Shown: one piece after another, positions 36,280 through 51,100 of the stretch
Numbering within the stretch: position 1 is the stretch's first letter
How the letters are laid out: the number at the start of each line of letters is the position of its first letter
Source of the DNA: Octopus bimaculoides
Taxonomy: Eukaryota
DNA length: 64,000 bases
Assembly (NCBI RefSeq): GCF_001194135.2
Contig: NC_068990.1
Coordinates: 70,258,902 to 70,322,901 of the forward strand
Direction: 5' to 3'
Made by a program: the position numbers and the translations under genes
The notes under the pieces: model-generated
The model's database searches: none
What the model was told of the DNA's origin: nothing
Seen by the model: only the letters and a program-made list of their open reading frames with translations

Positions 36280-39200
36280 TGTGTGTGTGTGTGTATAGGT
36301 ATGTATGTGCATATATTATAATATGTATACATGCATATATACAAACACACACACACATTGCACATGTGTGCATATTGTTGATCTGTAACATTTTTCTATA
36401 TTTGATTTTTTTTTCTCTCCAAACTTAGCTTTTATAGTCATTTAGTTTCATTAATATTTAGAGGAGAAAAGGTTGTTTAATATTACAAATGCATCTACTT
36501 ATGCAACTGTACTCATTAATTATTGTGTGGTTGGATGTAAATTTGAATATGTTGCAATGTCTCAGTTTGAATATGTTTTCTCTTGTTTTATATGTTTGTG
36601 TGTGTATAAAGCATTGCATGTCTCTGTTATATATCTGTGATTTTTTTATATCCCTGATGAGATATTCATGTATACATGTGTGTCTATGTGGATATGGTTC
36701 TTTATTTTACTATACATATTTCTATGTGTGTCTGCATATGTGTGTGTATGTTTTCTTGATGTATATTGCTGCTGTATTTCATTTTAGGTTTGTCTCTACT
36801 CTAAGATAATTACCTATGATTATCTTCTGTATGTGCATGTTTCATGTGTGCATTTGCATCTGCATGCATGTGCATTTAAGCTGGGTGTTAATTGGAAAGG
36901 AACAAAAAAAAAAAAAACTAACGCACTTATCTCTGTCTCATGAATATCTTTACAACTTACCATTCCAAAAAGAATGAAAAAAAAACGAAACAGGAGAACA
37001 TTAATTAATAGTCTCCATTAATCAAGATTACTTAGACACCTCCACACAAAACTCTCATACATGGATAGAAACACACATAAATATACACACAAACATATAT
37101 ATGGACACAAATATACACGCACTTGTTCACATATATACACTTTACTTTAATCTTATGCAAATGCAGTTAGGAATATGTTTGTAGACATTTTCTACTAGCA
37201 CACATTCATACATCACCTGTACACGTATTTATACTCAATCTGTGCAATATATTTATGTTGCCCTCCACCCCATCGTTTTATACCGTACTTCATTCACTCA
37301 AAGAGACTTATCTTGCAGATGCTTGGTGACTTCACTAATGCTGGTGCTATGTAAAAGCACTCAGTACACTCTGTGAAGTGATTGGCATAAGGAAGAGCAT
37401 CCAGCTAGAGAAACCTTGCCAAAGCAAGCATTGGAGCTTAGTGCAGTCCTCTGGCGCAGCAGTTCATGTCAAATCATCTACCTCATGTTAGCTTAGAAAC
37501 AGGGATGTTAAATGATGACAATTAGTATATATCTATAATCTACCTTCATTATATTCAACCTGTATATCATCAACATTTAACATCTGTTTTCCTTGCTGGA
37601 ATGGGTCGGACAGCTTGACAGGAAATGGCAAGGCAAGGGGCCACACGAGGTTCCATAGTCTGTTTTGACTTGGTTTCTATGATTGGATGCTCTTCCTAAT
37701 GCCAGTCATTTTACAGAGTGTACTGGGTGCTTTTTATGTGGCACCTTGGTTTTAGGATCTCAATCCTGTTGTGGTGGGAGAATCTTCATCAGCAGCACAC
37801 CACATATCTCGGTCCTCTGTCATCTCCTTCGCAAGCCTCTGCATTTGAGATCAGCCTTCAGTACTTCATCTCATGTCTTCCTGGGTCTCTCTCTTCCACA
37901 ACTTTCCTTCACTTTCAACACACAAACACACACATTATTATCATTTTACATCCACTTTTCTATACTTGCATGAGTTAGATAGAACTTGTTGAGACAGGTT
38001 TTCTTCAGTCAAATGCCTTTGCTGTAGTCAACCCCTACCTGTTTCCAAACAAGGTAATATTTTCCCTTAGCTTGACATATTTGTCTGGAAAAACTGAAAA
38101 GAAAGAACCTTGCTTATATGATGATGACAATGATACTCATTTACTGTCATCTCATAATGTCACAAACAAGGGTAGAAACATACACACATACAGGTAGATA
38201 TTTATACGCAACATTTACATATATTTTCACTCAACTTCTACATATATACTCAATACCTCTCTAAATTTATTCTAAATATCTGCGTACATTTCTGTTCAAT
38301 TTACACATACACACACATACACACAACTGTAGAAAATTATGTGCTTTCTGTGAAAAATTACACACAAATTTACGCACATAGATTCACATACACACATTTG
38401 TACTCTTCACTTGACACATACATACACTCTTATAGTTATAAAACAAGCATATGAGAGATCCAGTGCAGCCTGAAATCACAAGACACAACCTGTCACACAA
38501 TGACAAGTTATGTGAAATGTAATATGGCACTGACATCTTCCCTCCATTTTCTTGTTATTTTTCAGTGTGGTTAATATGTGGGCAAAAGTGTCTGGTGATA
38601 ACTGTAGTAGAGACAGGTGAGGTGGTCTCAGTGGTGGCTGCAGTATAGACAGGTAGGGTGACCGCAGTCATTGTATAACAGTCATTATTCCTATGAAATT
38701 TTGTTGGATCACATAATGCATTTACTGACAACTAATCATTGGTAACTGCTGTAACCATCTCACAACAGACAGACTGCTGCTGCATATGTGTAAACATGTA
38801 TTGGCAGTATTGAGTAAATTAAATGCTTATTACTAATTAAGCCTGAGGCAAATTGTTCTCTTTTTTCAAAACCTGGTAACAATGGCACAGCTGCTTCTTT
38901 AAAATATTATTGCTTGTAAACAACATCTGAAGCAAACCCAATCAGCCCTAGAAGAGGACGGTAACATCTTTGAGAAGGGCTAGTCTTGGAGATATGTTTT
39001 GGTGGCTTAATAGTGGCTTCATCATCATTTTAACATTTGCTGACATCTAGACATGAAAAAAGTCAATGGAATATGTTTGATTCCATTATGAGGATTTTCT
39101 GGTGGTAGCTAGATCTATTAGTTTAATAATATAGACTGTCAAACTACCACTGTCAGTGGACAGTAGCATAGTGAAGTACATAAATGCTAACGTAGTGTGC

Positions 39201-42200
39201 ATGATAATTTGAATCAGACAAGACTATAACAGTATTGAGGTAAACATTGGTGAACAATTTGTAAAGAAGCCAAACAAAGACAAGGGTTATAACTCAAAAT
39301 GACAATTAAAGAAAAGTGGTGAAGAGAAGAGAAATAGTTTTAGGTCTCATGAAGTGATGTTAAGTTCTTGATTAATTGTTTTTCATAACCATTAACGAAA
39401 TGCACTGCTGCTTTGGTTATAACTTAAAAAAGGTTCTATAAAATAGTGTTGGTCAGGGTTTAATTTCATTATGAATACAAGAGGTACTGGTATGGTTGTG
39501 TAGTTATAAAATTTGCTTCTCAATCACATGACATTGGGTTCAGCCCTATTGCATGGCACCATGAGCAAGTGTCTTCTACTATAGCTTCAGGCTGATCAAA
39601 ACCTAGTGAGTGAGTGGCTTTGGTAGACAGAAACCAAAACACCCCCCCACCCTCTGCGCACACACAGTACCTTGAAGTTGTGTCCTGACACATTACCACC
39701 ACCATCTCTCTCTCTCCTTTCTCTTCTAATTGGTGTTGCAGTGTATCATCTCTTCTGTAGCAAGACATCTTTATCCCTCTATTATACTTTTTAACTTCTC
39801 ATCAACTGGCACAAAGCCACCTCTCTCAATACTACTCCCTATCCAAGTCAAGGGATCTTTGTCTTGCAGGTGACTCTGTTGGTGCCATGCTAATAGCACC
39901 CAGTAAACTCTGTAAAGTGGTTGGCACTAAGAAGGACATCCAACTGTAGAAACCATGCTAAAGCTGAGAGTTGAGTTTAGTACAGTCCTCTTGCTTGCTA
40001 GCTCATGTCAAACCATCCATCCCATGCTAGCATGGAAAACAGATGATGATTGATAGAAAGAGAAATAGAGAGAAAGCATATGTGTGTGTGTGTGTGTGAG
40101 TGTTTCTTTATTTGTGTTTTTTACTAGTCTTGACATAGTGTGGTGGTTGTGAAGTGTGACACTGTCATACAAGCAGTGTCATCCATTTCCAATATCCTGC
40201 AGAAACATAATATTACCTTGATTAGAAACAGGTGAGAGTTGGTGACAGCAAGAGTATCTGGATGTAGAAAATCTGCCTTAGTAAACTCCGTCTGAGTAGG
40301 GAAAAATAAATGTTAAAACAATGATGATGATGATAAGAGGTTTTGCTTAATAGAATCAGAGGTGGGCTGGTTTTAAAAGGATTACTTGCTATTATAAAAC
40401 AGGTTTTAATATTTTTTCTCAAAAATAAGATGATAATCTGGCACTCCAGCCAAAATGCTCAGTGGTATTTCGTCTGTCTTTACGTTTTGAGTTTAAATTC
40501 CACCGAGGTTGACTTTACCCTTCATCCTTTCAGGGTCTATAAAAATAAGTACCGGCAGAACTCTGGAGTCAGTGTAATCAACTTACCCCTGCCCCACCAA
40601 AAAAATTACTGCCCTTGTGCCAAAATTTGAAACTAATATTTCTGTCAAGAATGCACCACTTCCCATTAAGACTACTGAACAGTTACTAGATATACTTTGT
40701 CAGCTATCTCTGTTAGAGTCACCATGAAGACCACCAGTCACCATTTTTGTGAACAATCCAAGATATAGTTACACAATGATGACGGATCAAGAATGGTCCA
40801 GGGTTAATGTGACATATACATCACTTCTTGCCTGCCTGTCAATCAGCAGTAACCTACCATCATATAGAACTACTTGAACACAAACTAATATAGTGATTGT
40901 GATTTCTAATAATGTTACTTTGACATCATCGCCATCATTATCATCATCATCACCATCATCATTATCATCATTACCATCACCTTCATCATCATCATCATCA
41001 TCATGTTATTGGCTTTCCCTCCCACATGTTTACAGTCTGCTTCATCATAAATCATCCAAATCATCAGAAACTCTATATCAACTCAGCGAGCTACGACATA
41101 TCATTGGCTGCATAAGGTAACCATCCAATAACAGGACATAAAACCAATTAATAATCAATGGGTATTTTGTTGGTTTTCTTGTTATTGGTTTTTGTCTGGC
41201 AGAGGGGGACGGGGGGGGGGAATCTGAGACTGGTGAGATTGACGTGACTAATGTTCGTCTGGAACAATTGCAAGTTGCTGGTTGCTGGACAAATAAACAT
41301 GGACAGGATGGGAATTCCAATGTTCAGGTTCTGGGGAGAAAAGACTGAGAGACAGGGTTAGTGTGGGAGGAGACACAAAATCAATGATGGTAGGAGGGAG
41401 GTAGTGGTAGTAGAAAAGCAGAGCGAGAAGACAGCCTGTCTGTGAGCCAGACGTTGGAGTGTGTAGATTTTAATGTCCGTTTGTGTGTGTGGCTCTCTTT
41501 TACAAACTGATTCTCCTTCCCTCCCTCCCTCTCAATCTCTTGTTCCCTCCTCTCCATCTTGCTGTGATTTCTCTCCCTGATGTAATTATTCAGGATCATT
41601 TTTGTGCTACTCTTACATTTCTCACTTCTTACTCACATTTACATTTGGTTATATCCTTTTTTGCCCATGTCTAAAATGTTAGGAACAATTCAAAATAATT
41701 GTTCAAAATAATTTTCAAATTCCTATTCTTGTTTGTTACTGTTTTCCACTCCTCTCTCCACCTTGAATGGAAGCAGCCAGTGCCGCCATTTGCTCCCCTT
41801 AACCACTTTGGGTCAAAGGACATGGCCTTAAAATCAAGTCTTCAAGGATCCTAACTAGTATTCATTCATACCAGTTGAATTAATTGCCTCTCCTCTCATC
41901 CCATGTCTTTTTCAGGAGTTGACCATTGTTCCTCTGTCGTTCTTTGTGTGTGTGAGTGCATGCATGCATACATTCATGCATGCACTTTCTACATGTCACT
42001 CTAATTCATAACAACTGAAAATAATGCCTGTCTGTGCATTAGTCACTCTTTCCAATTGATGATCCTAACTATATTTTGTAACATTAGAACTGGCTTTGTT
42101 CTTGAATTTCCTACCCAAAAGATGGCATCTCCGTCAATAATATGGAATGCTAAACTTTTGGTAACTTGAAAAATCATTCAGAAATAGGGCGGTCTGCTCT

Positions 42201-42676
42201 GTTTTTCTGACAGCTGCCATATCGCTGTGTTTTCCTCCCACTTAAGATAGTGCAGCTGCATGACACCCAGTTGGAAATAAAAGGGTTATTGTGGAGTAAA
42301 GAATTTGTCAACACACACACAATGCAATAAACTTTCCAAATGAAGTGAAGTCACTTATTAATGTTGTTTTTGTTTCTTTTTGACCAAATCTGATTTTCTA
42401 ATTGTTTGTTTACAGTTGAAGTCATCGTATAAAATGTTGTCAACTTAGTGAGTTTAACAAACATTTAAAAAAGAAAGAAGAAACTTTTGTTATGAGAACA
42501 AGTTGAAAGAATTTTGTTGTTGGTTCCATTCATCCTGCAATTAAATTTGAAATGAAATTTGGAAACGAGAATGTTTTAAATAGAAAAATTATGTTTTAGA
42601 AATTTCTAATGAGATCAAATGAAACCTTTGAACTTCTGGTGAGTGGCAGCAAACAGTACCCAAACCATTTGAATCA

Positions 42677-42721
42677 ATGATTCATCACCATCAATATCAC
42701 CATTGTGCTAGGGTTCTCTTT

Positions 42722-42752
<31 letters not shown>

Positions 42753-42880
42753 CTACCACCACGGGCACTTTGTCATCTACCAGTATCACCATTATAAATC
42801 ATCATTACTTCTACTACTCCTACTGCCACCATTCTCATCATCATCAACACCACCACCACCACAACCACCATCTCTTTATA
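42677..42880. repeat. Degenerate (CAT/CAC)n low-complexity tract
   Basis: Direct reading of the sequence. Confidence 0.85.
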
Positions 42881-43499
42881 TAATACAAATAATACCTCTT
42901 TATATCAATTGTACTCTAGTATTATCAGTCTGTTGTCTGTAGATATTGGTTTCTATTGATTCTGGGAAGTTGGAATATAATATAGTATTGTTATAACATC
43001 TCAGCAATGTTGAAGTATGGGTAGGTCAGCAGAAATTACTTTGGAAAACTCCCAACTTAGTGTTGCTGGATGTTCTAAGCACTTTCTCTCCAGAAGTGTA
43101 CTGTATTTTATAAGTGCTGTTGTTGTAGTTTAGCCCTTGGTTGAGCCTCATCAAATGTTCTGATCATAGATCAGAACATTTTAGCCATATTCAACTTCTT
43201 TGTTTTCATTTAAACACATGTATCTTTTTAAGATGGTAAGGTAAGTTTGGCTGCTATTTCTAGTCTTTAAGCAACCATGTAGAGGTTCCTTTGTCCATTT
43301 GTATGAGTTATGGTTGCTTGGGTGTTTATGTTAAGTGAGCTGAATGTTTTGGAGTTAACTAATGGTGTTTCAAACTTTAGAAAAGGATGTCTTTGGAGAT
43401 TTGGATGCATAGATTTAAGAATTTGAAAAATATCCCTTGTTATAATAACTTATATGCAGATGAGACATGGGCCACTATAAAGGAGAAACATTGATTGGC

Positions 43500-43810
43500 T
43501 ACAGCACAAAAGCTATGATAGAAAGATTCATGCCAGGAATATCTTTGTGATATCATATCTCAAATGAGGTAATATGAAAATGAAGCAGAGTGAATGATGT
43601 GATTGTTGAATACTGAAAGCCCAAGTTTGCAAAGTTTGCAGCCATGAGTAGCATCCAAGAAATTGGAAAAGGTCACTTGGAAGGCCTCTACAACAATGAG
43701 AAGATGATTTAGTTAAAGAATTTGGGCCAAGATGGGAAAAAAGGGTGCAATCAAGAAAGAATTGGAAGCACATTGTGACCAGTGGTGTATAAAAACATCT
43801 GGCAGCTTGG
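43500..43810 (+). mobile_element. RTE-like LINE 3' fragment
   Basis: Decayed PRNWKRSLGRPLQQ*EDDLVKEFGPRW motif. Confidence 0.6.
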
Positions 43811-44149
43811 TTGATACAGTGATAATAATGAGACAGTTGAGTAAAGATATGGTAATTATAATTAAACTTAGCAATTCTTGATGAAACATTAAATTATTCT
43901 GCAACCTCCTCATTTACTAAATTAAAAGTATGATGATTTAATTTTTCATTAACCTGAGCTTGCTTTTGGTTCTATGATACAAATTACTTGTTTTAAAGTG
44001 ATCTAAACTAAAAACTTCCATTAAAATTTCAAGTTTACTGTATTTATTTTTGTGCTTATGTCACACTTCTAATTTAATAGTAAATCTTGTTAAATTTTTT
44101 TTTCCTTCACAGTTTTAGCCTTGCCCATGAATGTCATACCCCAATTTTA

Positions 44150-44910
44150 TCTAGCTACAACCATATATAAAATAGTGCGAATTATACTCGCTTGCTGAAG
44201 CTGATAAAAACCTACAATGGCTTACATCAGAACTAGGACAAATGCAGGAATGATTGGTCTGAAAATCAGTGTAGGGAAGACCAAAACAATGAACACCAGA
44301 ATTGATGATTGTCAAACAACAACAATTCTAAAGATCAATTAGCAAAATATGAAGACAGATGACAGATTCACCTATGTGGGGAGCATCCTCAGTAACAATG
44401 GCAAAGCTACAGCCATATTCCAATCAGCTTACACACAAAGATTCAGCTCTATAATACCATAGTTCTACCAACAGTTCTCTATATCAATGAGACATGGAGG
44501 AGCACTGAGAAAACAACAGAAAGCTAAATGTTTTCCATCAAAGATGCTTGAGGAGGATTCTAAGAACACACTGCAAGACCACATAAGTAATGAAGATGTT
44601 CTAAAAAGAGCCAACACAAGATCACTTAGCAAAATCGTCACAGAATGAAAATTGAAACTAGCAGGTCATATACTTTGGTTATCAAAATAACACCATTCTA
44701 AAACAGCTTTCAAATGGACACCACCAGCAGGAAATAAATAGAGAGGGAGACCAAAAACTACTTGGCACAGAATATTCATAACCAACATGAAAAAGGCCAA
44801 TATTGCATAGACAGATGTAGAAAAAAAAAAAAAGAAAAAAAAACCACAGCCAGCAGAAACCAGTGGTGTCAATTTGCTGCCCAATGTGCTCAAGAGCATA
44901 GAGAGAGCTG
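44150..44910 (+). mobile_element. RTE-clade LINE reverse transcriptase C-terminal fragment
   Basis: FTYVGSILSNNG, FHQRCLRRIL, ISNEDVLKRA, LKLAGHIL and RGRPKTTW motifs, with stops. Confidence 0.8.
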
Positions 44911-46517
44911 ATACTGATACTTGTGTAAATATGGTATGTCTCACACACCAGCTTAAGCATCATCATCATTGTTTAACATCCATGATCCATGTTTGCAAAG
45001 TTATTCTACTGAATTTTTCATTATTTTCAAAATTACTTGAAACAAAAGTAGTCTTTCAACAGAAATATGGTAATGCAAGGGTTAATTCTCTTACTTTACA
45101 CCTACGAATATACATTTCTGTGTGTTTATGTTTTTATTTGATCCCTAATGCTTCAGTAAGTCATGAAGTCTTCAGTTGTAGACTTCCAACAGAATAAAAC
45201 CTGTCTAAAGTTATTTTGTATACTTATTGTGGAAATAAAGGAATTTGTTTAAAACTAGTATTATTTTCCTTAAAAGATTTTGCATATCTAATATAATTTT
45301 GACTTGTTTAATCATGTAAGAAATATGCTCTTTTAATTATCTGTCTAGTAATTCTTCATTGTGATTTGTATTGATTTGTAAGTATATCTTCTTTGATAAA
45401 AAGAAGCAATTAGTGTAAGTTATGCCTTTTACCTGAAATTTAAAAAAAGGTTGTTTTTTTTTCAGTTCAAAACTCTAGACTTACCCATTACTAGATTTGT
45501 CTATGACCAAACAGGAGGAAAATTGTCCTAAATGTCAATATTTTCTTTTATTAATTCCTTGATTTCATCTCTGTTATCAAGATGTGTAAATAGCAGTAAT
45601 TTACTACTATATTGCAGGTGTTCATTGTATATAAAACATACTAATGGGGGTAAGAAGAAAAGGAGATTGGGGTGTAGTTGTATTTAGGCTACTTTATCTG
45701 TCTATTGTATGTAACAGTTTCAAATGCCAAAGGCAGTTGTAAACTTTGAAAGGGCTTAGAAAGTAAAGTGTGATGATTTCAAACACAAAGGTTAATATTT
45801 TTTTTAGGCTTTTACAATCAAAAAGAATCCTGCCAGAAGCCTTTTCTCTAGCAGGTGCAGAAGATCAAGAACTTTTCTGTATCCATATAACATCAGCCAA
45901 TCAGATGAAGTGTTGTAAAAAGAACTTTTTTATTGACTTCTTAAAAAAAAAAAAATTTTAGGACATTATTGAAGTAGATTGGCATTGTATAAGATCTATT
46001 TATTAACTAGATGACATCAGTTGATTTACAACTGCTTTTCCTCGATTTTAATAAAAAAAAGATTCAATTTAATAAAATAAAATATGATTCAGGGATGGGG
46101 TAGAATGAAAGGAGGAGGAGGGATGGTCATTTTTTTTGTTTTTTTTTATTTTTTACTTTTGTATATTTAATCATAAAATCTTTGAAAATTATCTGAAATA
46201 AGTAATGAAATGTAAATGTGTTGTTATAATAAGATAGCAAAGTAGGATTTGTAAGTTGAAGAAAGAATCCTGAAAGATGGTGACAGTTATGGTGGTAGAT
46301 AACTGTCTACTGATTGTCTTTCTGGCTTTATTTCATGTGACTTTAAAGTGGTGGTGGTGGTGGTTGTTGTTGATTCTATTTCATTTCTTCTCTGCTCACT
46401 TTTTGTGTTCTCTTTCTTTCATTTCTTTCTTTCTTTTCTCTTTAATGATGGCAATTAGAATGATTTCGTTTCCAAGTGTACTGGCTGCTCTATAAACCAG
46501 TTGCTTTGTTTCCTTAC

Positions 46518-46582
46518 CATTTGACTCATCTCTTCTATTGCCAACATGCAAAATAGACAGCTGGAGAAAACCCAATAAATAC
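46518..46582 (-). other. Candidate minus-strand exon (coding status unknown)
   Basis: Minus-strand acceptor ttttaatcgtttccag and donor ATG|gtaagg. A second acceptor (ttttctccag) is at 46561. Confidence 0.25.
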
Positions 46583-48111
46583 CTGGAAACGATTAAAATA
46601 AAATTATAAAAAAAAATATAAATAAAAAAATTAACAAAGTTAAAAGACACAAAAAATCTTGATTCTCTAAGATTTTCTTTGTAGACATGTCCTACCCTGC
46701 CCCTCTCTCCTACACTCACACACACACACACACACACACTCACTCTCTTTATATCACACATCTGTACACACTCATACATGCCACATACTTACACAACCTT
46801 TTCAGTTAGGCTTTTATAATGTTAGGTGACACTATACACTCACTAATATCTCATTTATACATTCTATAAAGCTTTATACTGACTTCACTGCTTTTTTAAA
46901 ATTTTATTTTATAAATTTTCTTTTTAATTGTTTTTTCAAGAAATTATATTGGATTGCAGCCTACACTGCCAAAAACACTTAACTAATTGCTGCACTGCCA
47001 CATGTTGTGTCTACAGATGGCGGCTGCACCTCTTTTACATTAATCACAGCACCACTATCTCTGTGAATAGGACAATGATACAAGTCTTTTTTTTATTACT
47101 CTTGCTGCTCAACACCTATTCTTTGTATTGAGTGTTGTCTATCTGACTGACTGCCTGTCTGTCTGGCTGCACCTTGAAAAAAAAAAGTGCAAGAGCAAAG
47201 AGAGGTGAATTGTCAACTTTACTGTAATATCATTTCTTTGTGATTTGTAACTTTTAGTTCTTACATTGAAATTTCTTTCCTCTCTGAATAGATCTTTTGT
47301 ATGACATTCTATTGAGTTGCCTCGATTAGTTTTAGTGGAGTATATTTGTATACTTGTAATTGAATTCAACTGAGATGGTTGGATTGGGGAGCAAAATTTA
47401 AGAAATGTTATTAAAACTACTATACCTGTGCTGTGTTAAGAATCCTGGAATCGATATTCGTTAAAACTAAGTTTTGTGTTTTAAGATTTTGCGTTTCAAA
47501 TCTCTGTATAGATCAACTTGGGACTTGCTTCTGTCCAGGAAAAAAAAAACAGTTGATGGATGAACATGGTCATTGTTTGATGGATGGTTTCTGGTTTGGA
47601 CTACAAATTCCAATAGAACTGTATGAAAATAGATCTGCAACACTGAAGCAATCTATCCCAAGTGATACATGTCTCTTGTATTTATAATGATAAAGAAACT
47701 GAGATGAACACCAGTTCTATAAGTTCACTTGGCTTTAGGATTAAAACCATTTTTTGCTCTGTTAGAAATATATTTTCCCCTTGTGTCATAATGACTATCA
47801 CTAGTACAGTCTTAGCCTTTTTACTCCACCCCTGTCTGTGTATGTGTGTATAAATATATATATATATTTCCACTTGTACATCTAATTACCTTTTGGACAT
47901 ACACTTTTTTTTATACACTTCTGTATTGACTTTCTCATTGATAATGTCTTTCTCTACATATGCACAAATGTAATTCTTTCCCAAATAAATTGCACTTCAT
48001 ATTCAAGGCTTCAATGAATCTGTAAGGTGTTATCCAGGCACAGAACTATGAGTCCATTGTATCTTAAAGCAGAAACAGCTGTAAGCTAATGAAGTTCATA
48101 AGATAATTGTA

Positions 48112-48155
<44 letters not shown>

Positions 48156-51100
48156 AAATATCAGAGATGCTTTACAGGAGCTATTCAGTAGTCTTACAAG
48201 CTTTTCTTCTGATGGTGATTAACTCATTAGTTTTGAGATTTTGATGATGAGATTGTTTATGTTTTGGAATGATATTGTAGAGGAGGTGTGAGAGGCCAGA
48301 TCTAGCTGGTTTGAACATAAAATAGATAAAATAAAGCTATCACAGTGTCAGAAACCCTTCTGTATCTTCAGCAGATATCTCAGGGCCATAAATGTTTCAC
48401 ACCTTAACTTGTCTACTCCATTTAATGAGGCAGTGAGGACTGAATTAGCCTTCACCTATGAAAAGATTTCCGTCTGCAGTCTTGTGCCCTTTTCCTCTCT
48501 GTCTATTTGTTTGATATTAACAATAATCAAACTTCTAAGCTGTCTACCCTAACTTCACTTAAGAATAGTGAACTACATAGCTAACATTCTCTGATTTGTT
48601 CTAAAAAGTTTTAAGTCTAAATTCTGCTGGGAGGCATAACAATTTTCATCCCTTTAAATGGGACAAGAAGATTAATTATATTCTTACCCTGAGATCATAA
48701 CCTAGAAATTTTTTCTTGTTGTTGTTCAGTACTGTTCCAGGTGACCTTAGATCAAAAGCTTTCCACTCGTGATCAGCTTGTCCATCTTTCACTTTTTGTG
48801 TGTAAAGGACTACATTATCTTTGTGCTATACTATTTTTTAAATGGTCATTGAGGAAGATGTGGCTGCTATTTCTAATAGGTCACAGAATAAAGCAATGAA
48901 GAGAAAGGTGCAAGAAGAAAAGAGGCAAGATAACTATATGAAATATGTGTGTGCCAAATTCTGCTTAGGTGAACTTTGCCTTTTATCCTTTTGGGGTTAA
49001 TAAAATGAGTACAGTGGAGCACTGAGTTTGATGTAATCAACCTACCTGTCACCTGAAATTGCTGGCCTTGTGCCAAAATTTGAAGCCAATATTAAAGAAA
49101 AGGCAACTAGCTGGCAGAATTGTTGGCATGCCTGACAGAATGCTTCTAGCAATCTATCCTAAAAGACCTAATGTTTGGAAAATAGAAGTACGTATTTTTT
49201 ATTCAATGTCTGATTTAACCATTTGTAGTTAGAAAATAAAAATCTAACTGCAATAAAATAAAGAAGTTTATTGTCTTTAACATTGACATAGATTTTTCTT
49301 TCCAACATATCATAAATGTCTAGTTTACGGTCATTTTCACATATTATAAACATGTAGTTTATGGTCTTATTTACATATCAACAACATGGATTCTTTTTGG
49401 TGTGCAACCCTAGAACAAGCACATTTCAAAAGAAAAAGTAAAAAGAAGTTAAAAGAGATGGTGGTATTGAACAAGGATGGAAAGAACTTAACAAACTGAG
49501 TCACCAATTGTTCATTTCTAAATTTTTACATCATTATCATTATCATCATCATTTAATAACCACTTTTCTATGCTTGCATGGGTCAAATGGAATTGGTTGA
49601 GGTAGATTTTTTTATGGATGGATGCCCTTCCTACCACCAACCCTCACCTGTTTGAAAGCAAGATAATATTTTCCCTTGGCTAGACATGTTTATCATGGAA
49701 GAATGGAAACAAACAATCTTGCTTGCATGATTGAGATGATGTACCTTGGGGAAGTGTTGTCTATGGTAGACTTAGGCAAACCAAGCCTTGTAAGTGAATA
49801 TGGTTCATAGAAAGTACAAAGCCCATCGTATATATATGGTTGTATTTATGTGCATATATAATGTATATATATATGTAATGAATGTACGTGTGTATGTTTT
49901 TCTAACTCTTGCCAGAATAGGGAAAACAGGTATAAAAGGAACAATATACACATACATAAATGTGTGTGTAAACCAGTATTGTATCCCATTGTATCAAACA
50001 TTACTTTGCCATTTGATAAATATTGTTAAACTTAATATTAAACTGAAATAAACACAGAAGTTGATATGATCAACTTCAGAAATTTTAAACCAGTGTTCTA
50101 GCATGGCTGCATTTCAGTGACTGAAGCCACTATTTTTACTGATGTAATTCTCTTTTATAATAAACCTCTGTGTTATCACTTTAAAATGTTAAATCTGATA
50201 ATTCTGAAAAATAAAACATTTCACTCTAAATCTTACATTTAATTTTTTTTTTTTTTGATAGAGAGAAAGTGTGTGTGTGTGAGTGTGTGTGTTCTGCATT
50301 ATTTATGTTTGGATATGTTAGACTAAAGGCCGATTTGTTTTTGCTTTTTTGTTTGTTTGTTTGTTTGTTGAAGGTGATACTCTCTAAAAGCAGTTTTGGA
50401 AATGTGACAAGGCTATGTTCACCAAAGTTCCTATAGTAGTTACATTCTATTTATCAAAGAAATATCACTGCTTATTTTTTTTATTGTTCGAGAGGGGCTT
50501 TTTTCTTTTTGCTTAATTTGAATGGAGGATAATATATCTAGAACTAATTGAATTTCATATTTGTATATTTTTTTTCTTAGTTTTGGCTTTCTAAAAATTT
50601 GCTGCTGGTCTGACTTTAAGACCACATCCAATTTTGCTAAGTTTAGAATCCAGAAACTAATATCTTTTAAAGTTGTTACTTAATAGTCTCAAACCTTACT
50701 CTTTTCCGGCCAGTTCCTCATTAACCTCTGAAGTTTCTTGTAAGCTTATCACTTATTTTTATCTTACATTGATACTGAGAAACATTTATCTTTTCCAGTT
50801 ATTTCAGGTTTTCATAATCAATTGGTTAAACTTTTAAATACTATTTCTAGTTATTTACTGGCATAGGTGTCTGGTTAAAATGTGTGCTTCCTAACTACAT
50901 GCTTTTGAATTCAATTCCACTGCATTGTACCTTTGAGTAAATGTCTTCCACCATAGCCCTGGGGCTAACCAAAGCACTGAGTAGATTTGGTTGTAGAAGA
51001 AAACTGTAAGAGGCCCGTCATGTGTGGCTTTGTGTCTCCTTGTTTCAACTTCATGTGCTAATTGTAAGTGAGTAGCATCAGTGTCATACGAGCAGCATTC

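Noticed and set aside
38555-38700. Thr-rich mucin-like reading on the minus strand
   Set aside because: It arises from a tandem duplication of about 36 bp. It is short and unsupported.
42677-42883. His-rich 68-aa ORF
   Set aside because: It is a (CAT/CAC)n low-complexity tract with no splice or homology support.
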